Positions 17,560 to 30,312 of a stretch of 64,000 nt of DNA are shown piece after piece. The notes below the pieces were generated by a model. It did not search any database. It worked only from the letters and a program-made list of their open reading frames with translations, and had not been told where the DNA came from. Position numbers and translations under genes: made by a program. Numbering within the stretch: the stretch's first letter is position 1; the number at the start of each line of letters is the position of its first letter. The stretch comes from the human T2T-CHM13v2.0 reference genome, Homo sapiens. The stretch lies in the NCBI RefSeq assembly GCF_009914755.1, contig NC_060931.1; one strand, 5' to 3'.

Positions 17560-18499
17560 ACTTTAGTACCTTCAGATGATTTCTTATTGCACAATAATGT
17601 CCTTTTCTTTCAGATTGAAGAACTCCCTTTAGCGTTTCTTGTAGGATTGGCCTGATCTGATGAAATCCCTCAGTTTTTGTTCATCTGGGAAAGTCTTTAT
17701 TTCTCCTTCATGTTTGAGGGATATTTTCAGCAGACATACTATCCCAGGGAAAAAGTTTTTTTCCTTTAGCGTTTTAAATATGTCATGCCACTCTCTCCTG
17801 GCCTGTAAGGTTTCCACTGAAAAGTCTGCTGCCAGATGTATTGAAGCTCCATTGTATGTTATTTATTTCTTTTCTCTTGCTGCTTGTAGGATACTTTCTT
17901 TATCCTTGATCTTTGGGAGTTGGATTATTAAATGCCTTGAGGTAGTCTTTTTTGGATTAAATCTCCTTGGTGTTCTATAACCTCTTGAATTTGACTATTG
18001 ACATCTCTCCCTAGGTTTAGGAAGTTCTCTGTTATTATTGCTTTGAATAAACTTTTTACTCCTCTCTCTTTACCTCCTCTTTAAGGCCAATAACTCTTAG
18101 AGTTGCCCTTTTGAGGTTATTTTCTCGATCTGGTAGACATGCTTCATTCTTTTCTATTGTTTTTTCTTTAGTCTCCTCTGACTGTGTATTTTCAAATAGT
18201 GTGTCTTCAAGCTCACTAATTTTTTCTTCTGCTTGATCAGTTCTGCTATTAAGAGACTGATGCGTTCTCCAGTTTGTCAATTGCATTTTTCAACTCCAGA
18301 ATTTCTGCTTGATTCTCTGTATTTCATTCTCTTTGTTAAATTTACCTGATAGGATTCTGAATTCCTTCTCTGTGTTGTCTTGAATTTCTTTGAGTTTCCT
18401 CAAAACAGTTATTTTGAATTCCCTGTCTGAAAGGCCACATATCTTTGTCTCTTCAGGATTTGTCCCTGGTGCCTTATTAAGTTCATTTGGTGAGGTCAT
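17560..18499 (-). pseudogene. Decayed L1 ORF1
   Basis: MTSPNELNKAP..LSDREFKITVLRKLKEIQDNTEK, AEEKISELED and ETLQARREWHDIFKTLKEKN..EGEIKTFPD fragments. Confidence 0.88.
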
Positions 18500-21400
18500 G
18501 TTTTCCTGAATGGTCTTGATGCTTGTAGATGTTTGTCAGTGTCTGGGAATTGAAGAGTTAGCTATTTGTTGAAGTCTCACAGTATGGGCATGTTTGTAGC
18601 CATCCTTCTTGAAAAGGCTTTCCAGGTATTCAAAGGGACCTGAGTGTTGTGATCTAAGTTTTTAGTCATCACAGCCATATTTGCATTGGGGACACTCAAG
18701 CCCAGTAACACTACGATTCTTGCAGACTTTTAGAGATACCAGTTTGGTGGTCTTGGATGATCTGAGAGAATTCTCTGGATTACCAGGCAGAGACTCTTAT
18801 TCTCTTCCCTTACTTTCTCCCAAGTAAATGGAGTCTTTCTCTCTCTATGGGCTGAGCTGCCTGGAGCTGGCAAAAAGGTGACATAAACACCCCTGTGGCC
18901 CCCACTACTTGGGCTGTGCTGGCTTAGACCTGAAGCTAGCACAGCACTGAGTCCTGCCCAAAGGTCCACTGTACCACTGCCCAGCTACCACCTATGTTCA
19001 CTCAAGGCCCTAGGGCTATGCAATTAGCAGGTGGCAAAGCCAGACAGGCTTGTGTACTTCCCTTCATGCTGCTAAGTTTCTCCTGGCCCCAGGCTGGTCC
19101 GAGATGATGTCTGGGAGTCAGGAACTGGAGTCATAAACTTTAGAAATTTACCTGGTGTTCTATTCTACTGCAGCTGAGTGGACACTCAAACCACAAGACA
19201 AAGTCCTTCCCACTCTTCCTTCCCCTTTCCTCAGGAAAAGGAGTCTCTCCCCATGGCCTGTGCCACCACAGGCCCACGGGCAGTACTGTCATGCTACCGC
19301 CAATGTTCACTTAAGGCCCAAGAGCTCTTTAGTTAACTTGTGGTGAATAATGCCGGGTGGAGGACTTACCCCTCAGGGTAGTGGGTTCCACTCTGGCCCA
19401 AGGCAGTTCCAGAAATACTATCCAAGAGCCAAGGCCTGAAATTGGAGACTCCAGGAGCCTGCTTTGTGCCCTACCCCACTGTGGCCAAACTCGTACCTAA
19501 GGTGCAAGATAAAGTCCTGTTTACACTTTACCCTGCTTTTCTCAAGCAGAAGGAATCTCTCCTCATAGCCACCACAGTTAGGAATGTTCTGGGTCACACC
19601 TAAAGCCAGCATGGCTCTGAGTCTTACCCAAAGCTCACAGCAAGTACTGCCTGGGTACTGATGCTGATTATTTAGGACCCAACAACTCTTTAGTCAGCAG
19701 GTGATAAATTCTGCCAGGACTGGGTGCTTCCATTCAAGGCAGTGGGTTCCCTTCTGGTCCAGGGTGTATATAGAAATGTTGTCTGGGAGCTAGGGCCTGG
19801 AATGAGGGCCTCAGAATAGGTGCTGTATCCTACCATGGTTAGGCTGGTCTCTAAGTTGCAAGACAAAGTCCTCTGTAGTCTTCCCTCACCTTAAGTGGAA
19901 GGAAGGAGTCTCTTTTGGAGCTGTGAGCTGCACTGCCTGGGGTTAGAAGAGGGGTGGTGCAAGCACTTACTTGACCACTCTGGCTGGTATCTCACTAAGT
20001 CGTGTGTCCCCACAAGTCCACTGGCTCTGAGCCCAGCACAGCACCAGGACTTGCCTAGGAGTTGCAGTCCTTGTAGCCTAGATTGCCTTTCAAGTTGATT
20101 TAGGACCCCAGAACACTTTAGCCTGCAGTGGTGAGGCTTGCCAAAACTCAAGTTCTGACCACTGGGATGGGTGATTCCCCTCTGGCTAGGGTTTGTCTAA
20201 ATGCTCCCTCAGTGGGCATCAGTTGAGTTCTGCTCTCTGTTGGCAGCACTGAGGTCTAATGCAAAGTCCCATAATCACTGTGCTGTCTCTCCCCAGATTC
20301 TCTCTCTGCACAGATTTTCTCTGTGCCACACGGCTACTGCTGGGGGATGGGGAAGGAGTGGCATTGGCAATTGAAGACTGTATTTCTTACCTTCTTCAGA
20401 GCCCCTTTCAGTGATACGAAGTTAAAACTAGGTACTGTGACCGCTCATCTGATTGTTTGTTCTTATGAAGGTGCTTTGTTGGGTAGATAGTTGTTCAATT
20501 TGGTGCTGCTGTGAGGATGATTGGTGGAGGCTTCTATTCAGCCATCTTGCTCCACCTCCTCTAGTTTCTACTTTAAAATTTTACACTATATCATAAGCAT
20601 TTTTTTCTACTGATTTTCATTAGTTTAAACCTATAATATTTTATATTTATCTCTGTTTATTATTGGAAAAATATTCCATCATTTCAACTCACTGAGATAA
20701 TTCTGGAACTAAACTTTGTTCTCAATTATACCAGTCATTCACACCCAATAAGCAGGTATTTTATATTTTTGTCTATGTTAGGGATTGTAGTGTTGACTAG
20801 TGCAAGGCAAGAGATGAAACTCTGACTCTTACCTCAAGATGTCTACTTCCTGGTTGATACTAAATTTCTAACGGACACCTTGTCTTCATCATCCATATAC
20901 TACCTCCAACTGATTGTATCGGCTTTCATCTTGGCTCATGTAGGAAGGGGTTTGCACTTTATTTTGTCTTGCATTCTTTGTAGTACTTAGTACAGTGCTG
21001 GATGTGCAACGTAAGATGTACCCAATAACCATTTATTGTTTTACATTGAATTGTCCTGGAGAATATAGTGAATTGTATGTAGTGGAGCCACACAGCCGCT
21101 TAACAATTAGCACTTTCTCTTGCCCTTGCTCATTTATCACTTATTCAATAATTCATTCTAAAATTTACAAGGGATTGATCCCAAGTTCACTAGAATATAT
21201 GTACCTTTACCCCTTTCTTGAAAGTCAGCAGTGAGGGCTGGGAAAGTTTTGTGCAGAAAGTGAGGTTTTGAGTTGATATTGATGGACAGTTATAATTTGA
21301 GGAGAGGGAAGGGAAGGAAAAGGCCATTTGGAAATCAGGAGCTCTTCTTAGTAAATGTGGTTGGAAGACAGAATTGTTCACAGATAGAGAATCATTTTAT

Positions 21401-22222
21401 ATTAGTAAAATTTCAGCTCAGCCAGCACCTGGACAGTCTTGAAAAAGTGAAAGCTGTGTTGGAAGCAGAGAATGTCCTGTCCCCCTCTGCTCTTCTCCAT
21501 CTATATCCATTGACACTCATGATCCTTAAATGTAAGGCCTCAAGTATGTGAAAATATTAATGCATTTATTATCACCATTCCTCTCTTCCATTTGGTGCCT
21601 AGATGTGGCTATCATCCTTGGTCACGGTGTGGAAGGATAGATGAGGGTTAGTAGGAAGATCAAAGTGGTACAGAAGCCCCCTTTTTCCCATGAGCTGAGA
21701 GTGGCTAAGAAAATAACCATACAAGATATCAACTTCATTGATTCAGACTAATTAGTACTAATACTGGTAAAAGTGCAAAGTTTAAATTACTGAATACTCA
21801 AGAAAAAAGGAGATTTGTAAGTGATCAGTACATCAAACAACTCAATTAACAAATGCTTGCATCTGCAATGTTCATTATAATACAGCATCATAGTTGCAGA
21901 ATTAAAATGGCAAGATTATAAAACATAAGATTTCTTGAGTTTCAAACTTCTATACAGTAGTAATACTAAAAAGTAACTCTTTGTTTCTAGAATATCACTC
22001 CATCTCTATTTACAACCCCTCTGTCTGTTCCACCTCATGCTGGGCCTGTGTGGCCTTGAAAGGAACAGATTACAGGAGGAAAAAAACCATATCCCAATTT
22101 CAGTTGTCACTTTTTAAAAACTGACACATAATAATTGTACATATTGATATGGTACAATGTGATGTTTTGATAATGTATACATTGTGTAATGATCAAATCA
22201 GGGTAGTTAGCATGTCTTATAA

Positions 22223-22586
<364 letters not shown>

Positions 22587-24622
22587 TGAAATATGTAATA
22601 CTTTATCATTAACTGGAATCACCCTACTGGACAATAGAATACCGGAACTTATTAATCCTGTCTAACCGTAACTTTGTACCCATTGAACAATCTTTGCTTA
22701 TGCTATCCCCAGACCCTGGTAACCACTTTTCTGTTCTCCATTTCTGTGAGATCAGGGTTTTTAGATTCCACATATGAGTGACATCATACAGTATTTGTCT
22801 TTCTGTGCCTGCCTGGCTTATTTCACTTAACACAGTATTCCCTAGCTTCATTCATATTATTGCAAATGACAAGATTTCATTATTTTTAATGGCCAAATCA
22901 TATTCCATTGTGTATATCTGTATCTGTATCTATATCTACATATACCACATTTTCTTTATCCATTCATCTGTTGATGAACACTTAGGTTGATTTCATATCT
23001 TGGCTATTGCGCAATAAACATGGGCATGCAGGTATTTCTTTGACATACTGGTTTCATTTCTTTTGGATGTATACCCAGTAGTGGGATTGCTGGATCCTAT
23101 GGTAATTCTACTTTTTACTTTTTGGGGAAACTCCATAATGACTGTACTGATTTCTGTTGCCACCAACAGTGCACAAGGATTCTCTTTTCTCCACATTCTT
23201 GCCAACCTTTGTTATCTTTTGTATTTTTTATTACAGCCATTCCAAGTGGAGTAAAGTGATATCTCACTGTGGTTTTTATTTGCATTTCCCTGATAATTAG
23301 TGATATTGAGCATTTTTTCATATACCTGTTGGTCATTTGTATGTCTTCTTTAGAGAAGTATCTATTCAGAATTTTTGTCCATGTTTTAATTGATTTTTTT
23401 TTTTTTTGCTATTGAGTTGAGTTCATTATATGTTCTGGATATTAATCCTTTGTCAGATGTATAGTTTGGAAATATGTTCTCCCATTCTGTAGGTTGTCTC
23501 TTCAGCATGTTGTTTCCTTTTTTGCTTTTGTTGCCTGTGCTTTTGAGGTCTTATCCAAAAAATTCTTGCCAAGACCAATGTCATAAAGCATTTTCCTTTG
23601 TTTTCTTCTAGTAGTTTCATAGTTTTGAGTCTTACATTTAACACTTTAATCCATTTTGAGTTGATTTTTACATATGATGAGAAATTCGGGTCTAGTTTAA
23701 TGCTTCTGCATGTTGATATCCAATTTATTCAGCACTATTTGTTGAAAAGATTGTCCTTTCCCCAGCATGTGTTCTTGGTCCCTTTGTTGAAAATCAGTTG
23801 GCTGTAAATGTATGGATTTATTTCTTGACTCTATTCTGTTCAACTGTTCTGTGTGTCTGTTTGTATGCTAGTACTATGTTGTTTTGGCTACTACAGCTTT
23901 GTGGTATATTTTGAAGTCAGGTAGTGTGATACCTCCAGCTTTCTTCTTTTTGCTCAAGATTGCAACCAGAAAACAAGTAACAAAATGGCAGTAGTAAGTT
24001 CTTATCTATCAATAATTATTTTGAATGTAAATTGATTCCAATCTAAAGACAGAATGGCTAAGTGGATTTAAAAAAAAAAAGACAAGATCCAATTGTATGC
24101 TGATTATAAGAGACCTTCTTTAGCCTTAAGAACACAAATGGACTGAAAGTAAAAAGGTAGAAGATATTCCATGCCAATGGTAATCATAAGAGAGCAGGGG
24201 TGGCTATACTTACATCAGATAAAATAGACTTCAATAAACAAAGTCCACGAGAGACACAGAATGACATTATTTAATGCATAAAGGGTACAATTCATCTAGA
24301 AGACATAATAATTGTAAATAATTTATGCACCCAACATCAGAGCACCTAAATAGATAAAGCAAATATTAATGGACAAGAAGGGAGAAATAGATAGCAATAC
24401 AATAATAGTAGGGGACTTTAACATTCCACTTTCAACAATGGACAGATCAACCAGACAGAAATTAACAAGGAAATACTGGAACTGGACTACACTTTAGACA
24501 AAATAGACCTAATAGATATATACAGAACTTTCCATCAAAGTGCAGCAGAATATACATTCTTCTCTAGTGTACATGGAATATTCTCCAGGATAAACCATAT
24601 GGTGGCCCACAAAACAAGTCTT

Positions 24623-24665
24623 TTTTTTTTTTTTTTTATCTTTTCTCTCTGAGTGTGACAACTAA
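24623..24665 (-). mobile_element. Orphan mini retro-insertion (28 nt plus poly(A))
   Basis: T17 run plus 28 unique nt, flanked by 15-bp TSD CACAAAACA(A/T)GTCTT at 24608-24622 and 24666-24680. Confidence 0.8.
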
Positions 24666-25392
24666 CACAAAACATGTCTTAACAAATGTTTTAAAAATCA
24701 AAATCATGACAAGTATTGTTTCCAACCACAATGATATGAAACTAGAAATCAATATCAGTTGTTACTTTTGAGATCCCACTGAGCTAACAATGCCACTTAC
24801 TGTATAACAGGGTTTGTTGTGATGGGGGATGGGGATGGGGTGAATGGTGCTGGGAGGGGCCAGGCTTGACCTCAATTTATCCTTTAGGGCAGGGCAGGTC
24901 CTGCAGGCAGAGAGGTACTGAGGCAGGGAGTGTGTCCTGTTCATTGCAGAGTTTCAGCCCAGTGGGTGAACTAGACACACTGTTCAAGGGGGCAGGAGTT
25001 AGCAATATCTTGTGTTGGTTCTGGCAGATGGTTAGCACTGGGCAAGTCGGGAGGTGATTGGGATTGTCCAACAGGATGGTGGGAGCTGCTGATGCCAGAT
25101 GAAGATAGGCCAGAGGCAGGAATCCATGCAGGCTCTCAGCTATCATCCAGGGACTTGTGCAGAGGTGGTGTGACCCAAAGTGACACATTGGAGCTCAGGA
25201 ACACAGGGAGTGCTGGTGATGAGGGTGGGTGGCATGGCAGGGGCTTATCCTCAGCAAGAGACAGGCAACTTTAGTATGGTGGCCCATCAGAAGCCCAACC
25301 CTACAAACTGTGGGGCGGGACCTCTGTTCAACTCAAGATTCAGACACAGATACCACATTATCCGAAGGGGGGCACCGTAGTGATGGGTTAAG

Positions 25393-26183
25393 TGTCCCAG
25401 GTTGGGTTTACTGGGGAAGTAGATTCTGAGATGCAAATCAGCATATTTGGGAATGCTCTTGTGATCAACACCTGTGGAAGGAAGCAATTGGAATATCGAG
25501 CAGAAAAAGAAATTGGCTAAGACACCATCTGTCTTAGTCTATTTAGGTTGCTAAAACAAACTACCATAATTTGGTTGGCTTATAAACAACAGACATTTAT
25601 TTCTCATAGTTCTGGAGGCTGAAGGTGTAAGATCAAGGCATCCACAGATTCAGTGTCTGCTGAGGGCCTGTTCCCAGTTGGTAGCTGGTGCCTTCTTACT
25701 GTATCCTCACATGGGAGAAGGAATGAGCTAGCTCTCTGGGGCCTCTTTTACAATGGCATTAATCCCATTCACGAGGGCTCCACTCTCATGACCTAATCAC
25801 TTCCCAAAGGTCCTGCCTCCTAATACCATCACCTTAGGGGTTAGGATTTCAACATGTGAATTTTGGAGGAACACAAACATTCAGGCCATAGCACCATCCC
25901 AACAAAGGCCTTAGCCAACTCCATGGGGAAACTTGAGAGAACCCCTCAGAATTGCCCTGAGTTAGGGGAATCAGGAATCAGGCCTTTGTACCCCTATATT
26001 GATAAGTCTGGATGCAACAGGAAGCAGGTGGGACTTTGGGCCAGACACTTTTCTTCAACAGAAGCAATTCTTAAAGGTGGTTAAGAGCGGAGGGCCATCT
26101 TCTGGCTGAGCTCCCAGCAGCTGGGAGAATACGTCCATCCTTCCTGTAAAGGGATCTGGGGACTGCATCACAACATCCACCAC
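25393..26183 (-). mobile_element. LTR16/LTR33-like ERVL solo LTR, interrupted by MLT1A0
   Basis: TGTCCCAGGTTGGGTTTACTGGGGAAGTAGATTCTGAG start and CAACATCCACCACA end. Confidence 0.65.
25530..25893 (-). mobile_element. MLT1A0 MaLR solo LTR
   Basis: TGTCTTAGTC..ACAAACATTCAGGCCATAGCA; perfect 5-bp TSD CCATC. Confidence 0.9.
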
Positions 26184-27566
26184 AGCTACAACTTGAAAGA
26201 TCTGAGTGCCAAATGGTCATGAATAGTAGGATGGGGACATTAGAACTTTGATCAGTATAAAAGGGAAGACATAATATTATATTAAGTACCACTGGGTTGG
26301 CCTTGGTAGGAGAAGAGGCAAGGACAAAGGAGGAAGTGGAAAAGAAAGAATGGGAGGAACGGGCCAAGACTATTTGCATACTTGAACCCAATTGCTCTGT
26401 GAATATCTGTGGGCATTTCTCCCTGTTCATTATAGCAAATCTTGTACACTGTGGCCCTGGGGCTTATCATGCCATAAAAATATTCAAACAGTCAAATCTG
26501 CTCATCATGTGCAAACATGCAATGTTAATTTTAAGAAGTATTTCTTAAGGCACTGATGTAATTTCTCCCTTAGACTGATATTAATGTTTGATTGTGAGAT
26601 TTCCAGTGTGTTGTTCCAGCCATTTTACATTACAAAACCAGAGCAGGAGATTTTTGATTAATTTATTTTAAGGGAGACCTGTCCCCTCTCTGCACAGCTC
26701 AAAGTGATCTTTGATTTAATACGACTTAGAAGGCAGGAAAGAGGACAACAGTGTTTAGATTGAGTTCAAGAATAGAAAATTCTTATATCAAAAAATCTTT
26801 CCCCTTTAAAAAATGAAGTGAGTAAGCAGAGAGGAACTCATATTAAAGCATATTTCGATGCCAGCATTTAATGTGTCACAATATTTTGCTCATCTTGGCA
26901 AATTATGAAATTTTTCTAATTCTTAGAGTGTCATTAAACAGCTGTTGTTTCTTTTCTAAATAATACTAACCCTGCCCCGCTCCCCACCCCAGAGTGTCCA
27001 GGTTTCAATAGCTTGAAATTTCAATGCAATAGCTTCAATTTCACTTTGGCATCCTTTCACAGATTATGTATGTCCACTTTGCATGTGGGATGTGACTCTG
27101 CATGAGTCTGTTGTTCATGAAAAGATTCAGCTGTAGCAGCATATGGACAACACACTTTAAAAAACGTGGTTATTTCATAGTTGCATCGACTCTGTCCAAG
27201 AAAAGGGAGCACATTCGAATTCCCTATAATTCAAACCACTTGTAAGCAGAGCCCTCCCTCCTGAGCTGGGGAGGACTGGTGTCCTTGAGGGATTGTTGTG
27301 TTCCAAACAAGCCACCTGGTTTGAAAACTCATCCTGGAACCGGTGCCCTGGCCAGGGAAATTGTAGGGAGAGAGGGTTCCCAGGTGTGAGCTATGAAGTG
27401 CTGTCCTGGGTTGGGCATGGGCTATGTTCATGTGCCGAGATTCCATGTGTTATTCAGCCGAACACTCTCACTGGTCAATCCAGAGGTTTCGTGTGCACAG
27501 GATCACCGGTTATCCATGTGGCTTCTTATTCCACAAGGGCAGAAGGAGGTCATGGCAATAGATAGT

Positions 27567-27745
27567 GTGACTCAGGGAGAACAACGTGGGCTCAGGAGCT
27601 GATGAAAACTGAGTCTGCATCTCATCGCTGGCACATTACTAGCCTTAAACAAGTCATGCCAATTCTCCAAACAGCAGCTTCCTCATTTATAAAATGATGA
27701 TCAACATGCGCCTGCTTTCTCTCTCTCTCTGTCTCTCTCTCTCTG

Positions 27746-27789
<44 letters not shown>

Positions 27790-27897
27790 CTTGCATGGTA
27801 GTGGTGAGAATTAGAGATATGTCTAAAATGCTCAGCATACTATCTGGCCCACAGTAGGGACTCAATGCTTGGAAGCTATTATTATTAGCTATTACTA
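27567..27897 (+). mobile_element. MIR containing a microsatellite
   Basis: CAGCTTCCTCATTTATAAAATG..GTGGTGAGAATTAGAG..CTGGCCCACAGTAGG..AGCTATTATT. Confidence 0.75.
27718..27784. repeat. Compound (CT)n(CA)13 microsatellite
   Basis: Seen directly. Confidence 0.95.
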
Positions 27898-29199
27898 AAT
27901 AAAGTCTGTGGAAAGAGTCTTTCTGTATAATCGAAATTCCCATTATGCTCATCTTATGCCCAATCTGGCAGCAAAAACGGCTTGCCAACAGCATCCGTCT
28001 TTCCATTCACAAGTCACATGAAATATATGACCTTTTTCCTAAAGGGTTCCCAAAGGTCCGCTAGCTTTCCTGGCAATGAGACAGCAATTCAAGCCAGTCC
28101 AGGTACAGAACAAAGTGGTGCCAAGAGCCACATTCCTTGCATAGAACACTCCCCAGCCAGGCCATCCACATGGCGGCTGTGTGTGCCAGCCTCTCAGGCC
28201 TGGCTCACCAGGCAGCTGCATAAATTGCTTCAAACATGAATTTATTTATGGCATAACCAACCCTGATTTTGGCCTAGCTCTTGTTCTTATTTCTTAAATG
28301 ATAGTATTAGTGCTGGGGAAAGACATGTGGTGTAGAAAACTGAATTCCACAGACAAACGTTGCCAGGTGCAGGCTTACCAATGCAATTGCACTGGGCCTT
28401 GTCGGTTTATTGTCAGCTCCATAATTCCAGGCTCTGGGGTGGCAATAACTATCCTAAGTGAAGACAGTCCACCGCACATCAGTGATGCCTGGGTGGAGAG
28501 GAACGGTTTGATTTTTCTGTAATTTTGAAGTTTCGAGAGCTCTCAGCAAGGTTTTCGGAAAGTAGTTATAACCTTATAAGGAAGGTTAAAAGAAAATATC
28601 AAAGTGCACCAACGATATTTTCCAATTTTTCCCTCTTAATTTACTCTTCATCTGAAGAAGTTTAGACAGATCGAACAGTCTTTCATTCTTAGCTTTCCCT
28701 AATTTTCAAGTCAAATTAGCCATATATTGAAATCCAGAGTTAAAATTCAATTTTTGATACAAATTCCCCCCATTCCCATTCAATCTAGTATCCCGTTGTG
28801 GTGGGAAAAGGGAAAGAGGGGATGTAAGCCATGGCATTGATTTCAGGAGAAAGGGCCAATAAGGAGGTGTGAAATTTCATAATTTTATAATTTTTGCTTT
28901 TGCTCCACGTTCTTACGGCCTATGAACCAACTAAGGAAATAGGACCACCATCGGCCCATACAACTTAAGTCCAATATATAGACTTTTAACCTATGTCAGT
29001 GTGAATAGTTGCCTGCTTGACCAGGGACTTTAATTTCAGCGATGGAGGGACACCAGGAGAGGATGTACAACTGGGGGATGTCACCATGATGATTGCTCCT
29101 TTTTACTTTGATACTTGTGTTTGTATCTTCAATCATCCAGTCAGATGACTATTTGTTCAAATATTTATTCTACTACATGACACACCGTGCTGGACACTT

Positions 29200-29385
29200 C
29201 AGAGATAGCTGTGAGTTTTGCTTCCTGTGTGGTAGCTCTGTGGAAAAGGTGATGTGATGTCACAAAAATCACCAATTCTAATTTTATTTGCAGTTGAATT
29301 ACTTACATTATTGCTTTCAATTCTAATCAAGGCCTTTTAAGTCATAGGCTGATTGCTATATAGAGGCAATTAAACAGGAAGGTTA
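29200..29385. promoter_or_regulatory. Candidate enhancer core (GATA, adjacent ETS+RUNX, NFAT, ATF-like, FOX:ETS motifs)
   Basis: AGATAG 29203, CTTCCTG 29221, TGTGGT 29228, TGGAAA 29241, TGATGTCA 29255, TAAACAGGAAG 29371; motif evidence only. Confidence 0.35.
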
Positions 29386-29659
29386 GCACCTTGAATTTAC
29401 CTTATGGATACAGGCATTCAGCCATCATTGGTGGGATGCAGGACAAAGTGTTTACTTTTGTCTTTCAGAGTCAAAATGGGCAAGGTTAACACAAGGAGTA
29501 AACTAAGAAAATATATCCATATCCATATTCATAATTATATCTCTGATTATCTTAAAGATAGGTCATTTTTTACTCCTCCAACACCCTCCAACGTGTTCCA
29601 TCCCATGCTATCTCTGAGAGAGAAGACTGGCCGCCTGTGGAGGGGAAGCTACCTCAGTA

Positions 29660-30312
29660 GAGGTGGTGTTATTGCTTCCTGCTCAGCACACATTGCTTCT
29701 CCTCACAGCTTATCATCCTTCACTTTCCTTGTGGGAAAGCCCTCTTTCTCCATTTTTATCATGTGATGTGGGTGGAATTTTTGCCTCCTTAAAACTTCAT
29801 AGGAGAGTACTAACTGGCTTCAGCCAATTACTATACCTGTTTCCTCTGGCTATAGTGATTGGTTCAGGGAGAGGCCCTTAATCTAGTAGCTGTTGAGATG
29901 GAAAAAAAAACAAGCAAACAAAAAACAAACAAACAAACGAAACGTCTGCTAGAATTTCTGGAAAAGAGAGATTCCTCTCTTTGCTCCATGAAATCTATTA
30001 GATTTCATAGTGTGCGTAAGCATGGAGGCCAGACATTCATTCTGCGATCCCAGGGAGAGCCCTGAGCTTCAAGGGTAGGCAAGGAGAAGAGGGGAGTGTG
30101 GGGAGCTGGAGGAGGAAGCCAAGCTGCAGAAGGCAGAGCTGGGAAATGGAGAGAAGTCAGATCACTCGTGATAACTGCGCTGCTAGATTCAGCCTTCTGT
30201 AAAGTCAGCCTTATCTCTGCTTTCTAATCATATGAGCCAATACATTTTGCTTTATTTTCTGAAGGCTCTTTGAGTTGGACTTTGTGTCAGTTGTGACAAA
30301 AAGAGACTCAAC
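29660..30312 (+). mobile_element. Old MaLR LTR (MLT1J/K/L-like)
   Basis: CTGGCTATAGTGATTGGTTCAGGGA and ATATGAGCCAATACATT..TTTGAGTTGG..CAGTTGTGACAAAAAGAG. Confidence 0.7.

Noticed and set aside
19092-19102. GGCTGGTCCGA, identical to the 5' end of human Y RNAs
   Set aside because: Similarity stops after 11-12 nt, there is no TSD or tail, and it sits colinearly in the L1 5' UTR monomer.
21273-21551. ORF with helical-looking peptide QLSQHLDSLEKVKAVLEAENVL
   Set aside because: No convincing splice sites or recognisable homology; it partly overlaps L2-like sequence.
24651-24665. The orphan insert's TTAGTTGTCAC (minus strand) resembles the host L1's TSD TCAGTTGTCAC
   Set aside because: Only 10/11 nt match; compatible with chance and no mechanism is needed.
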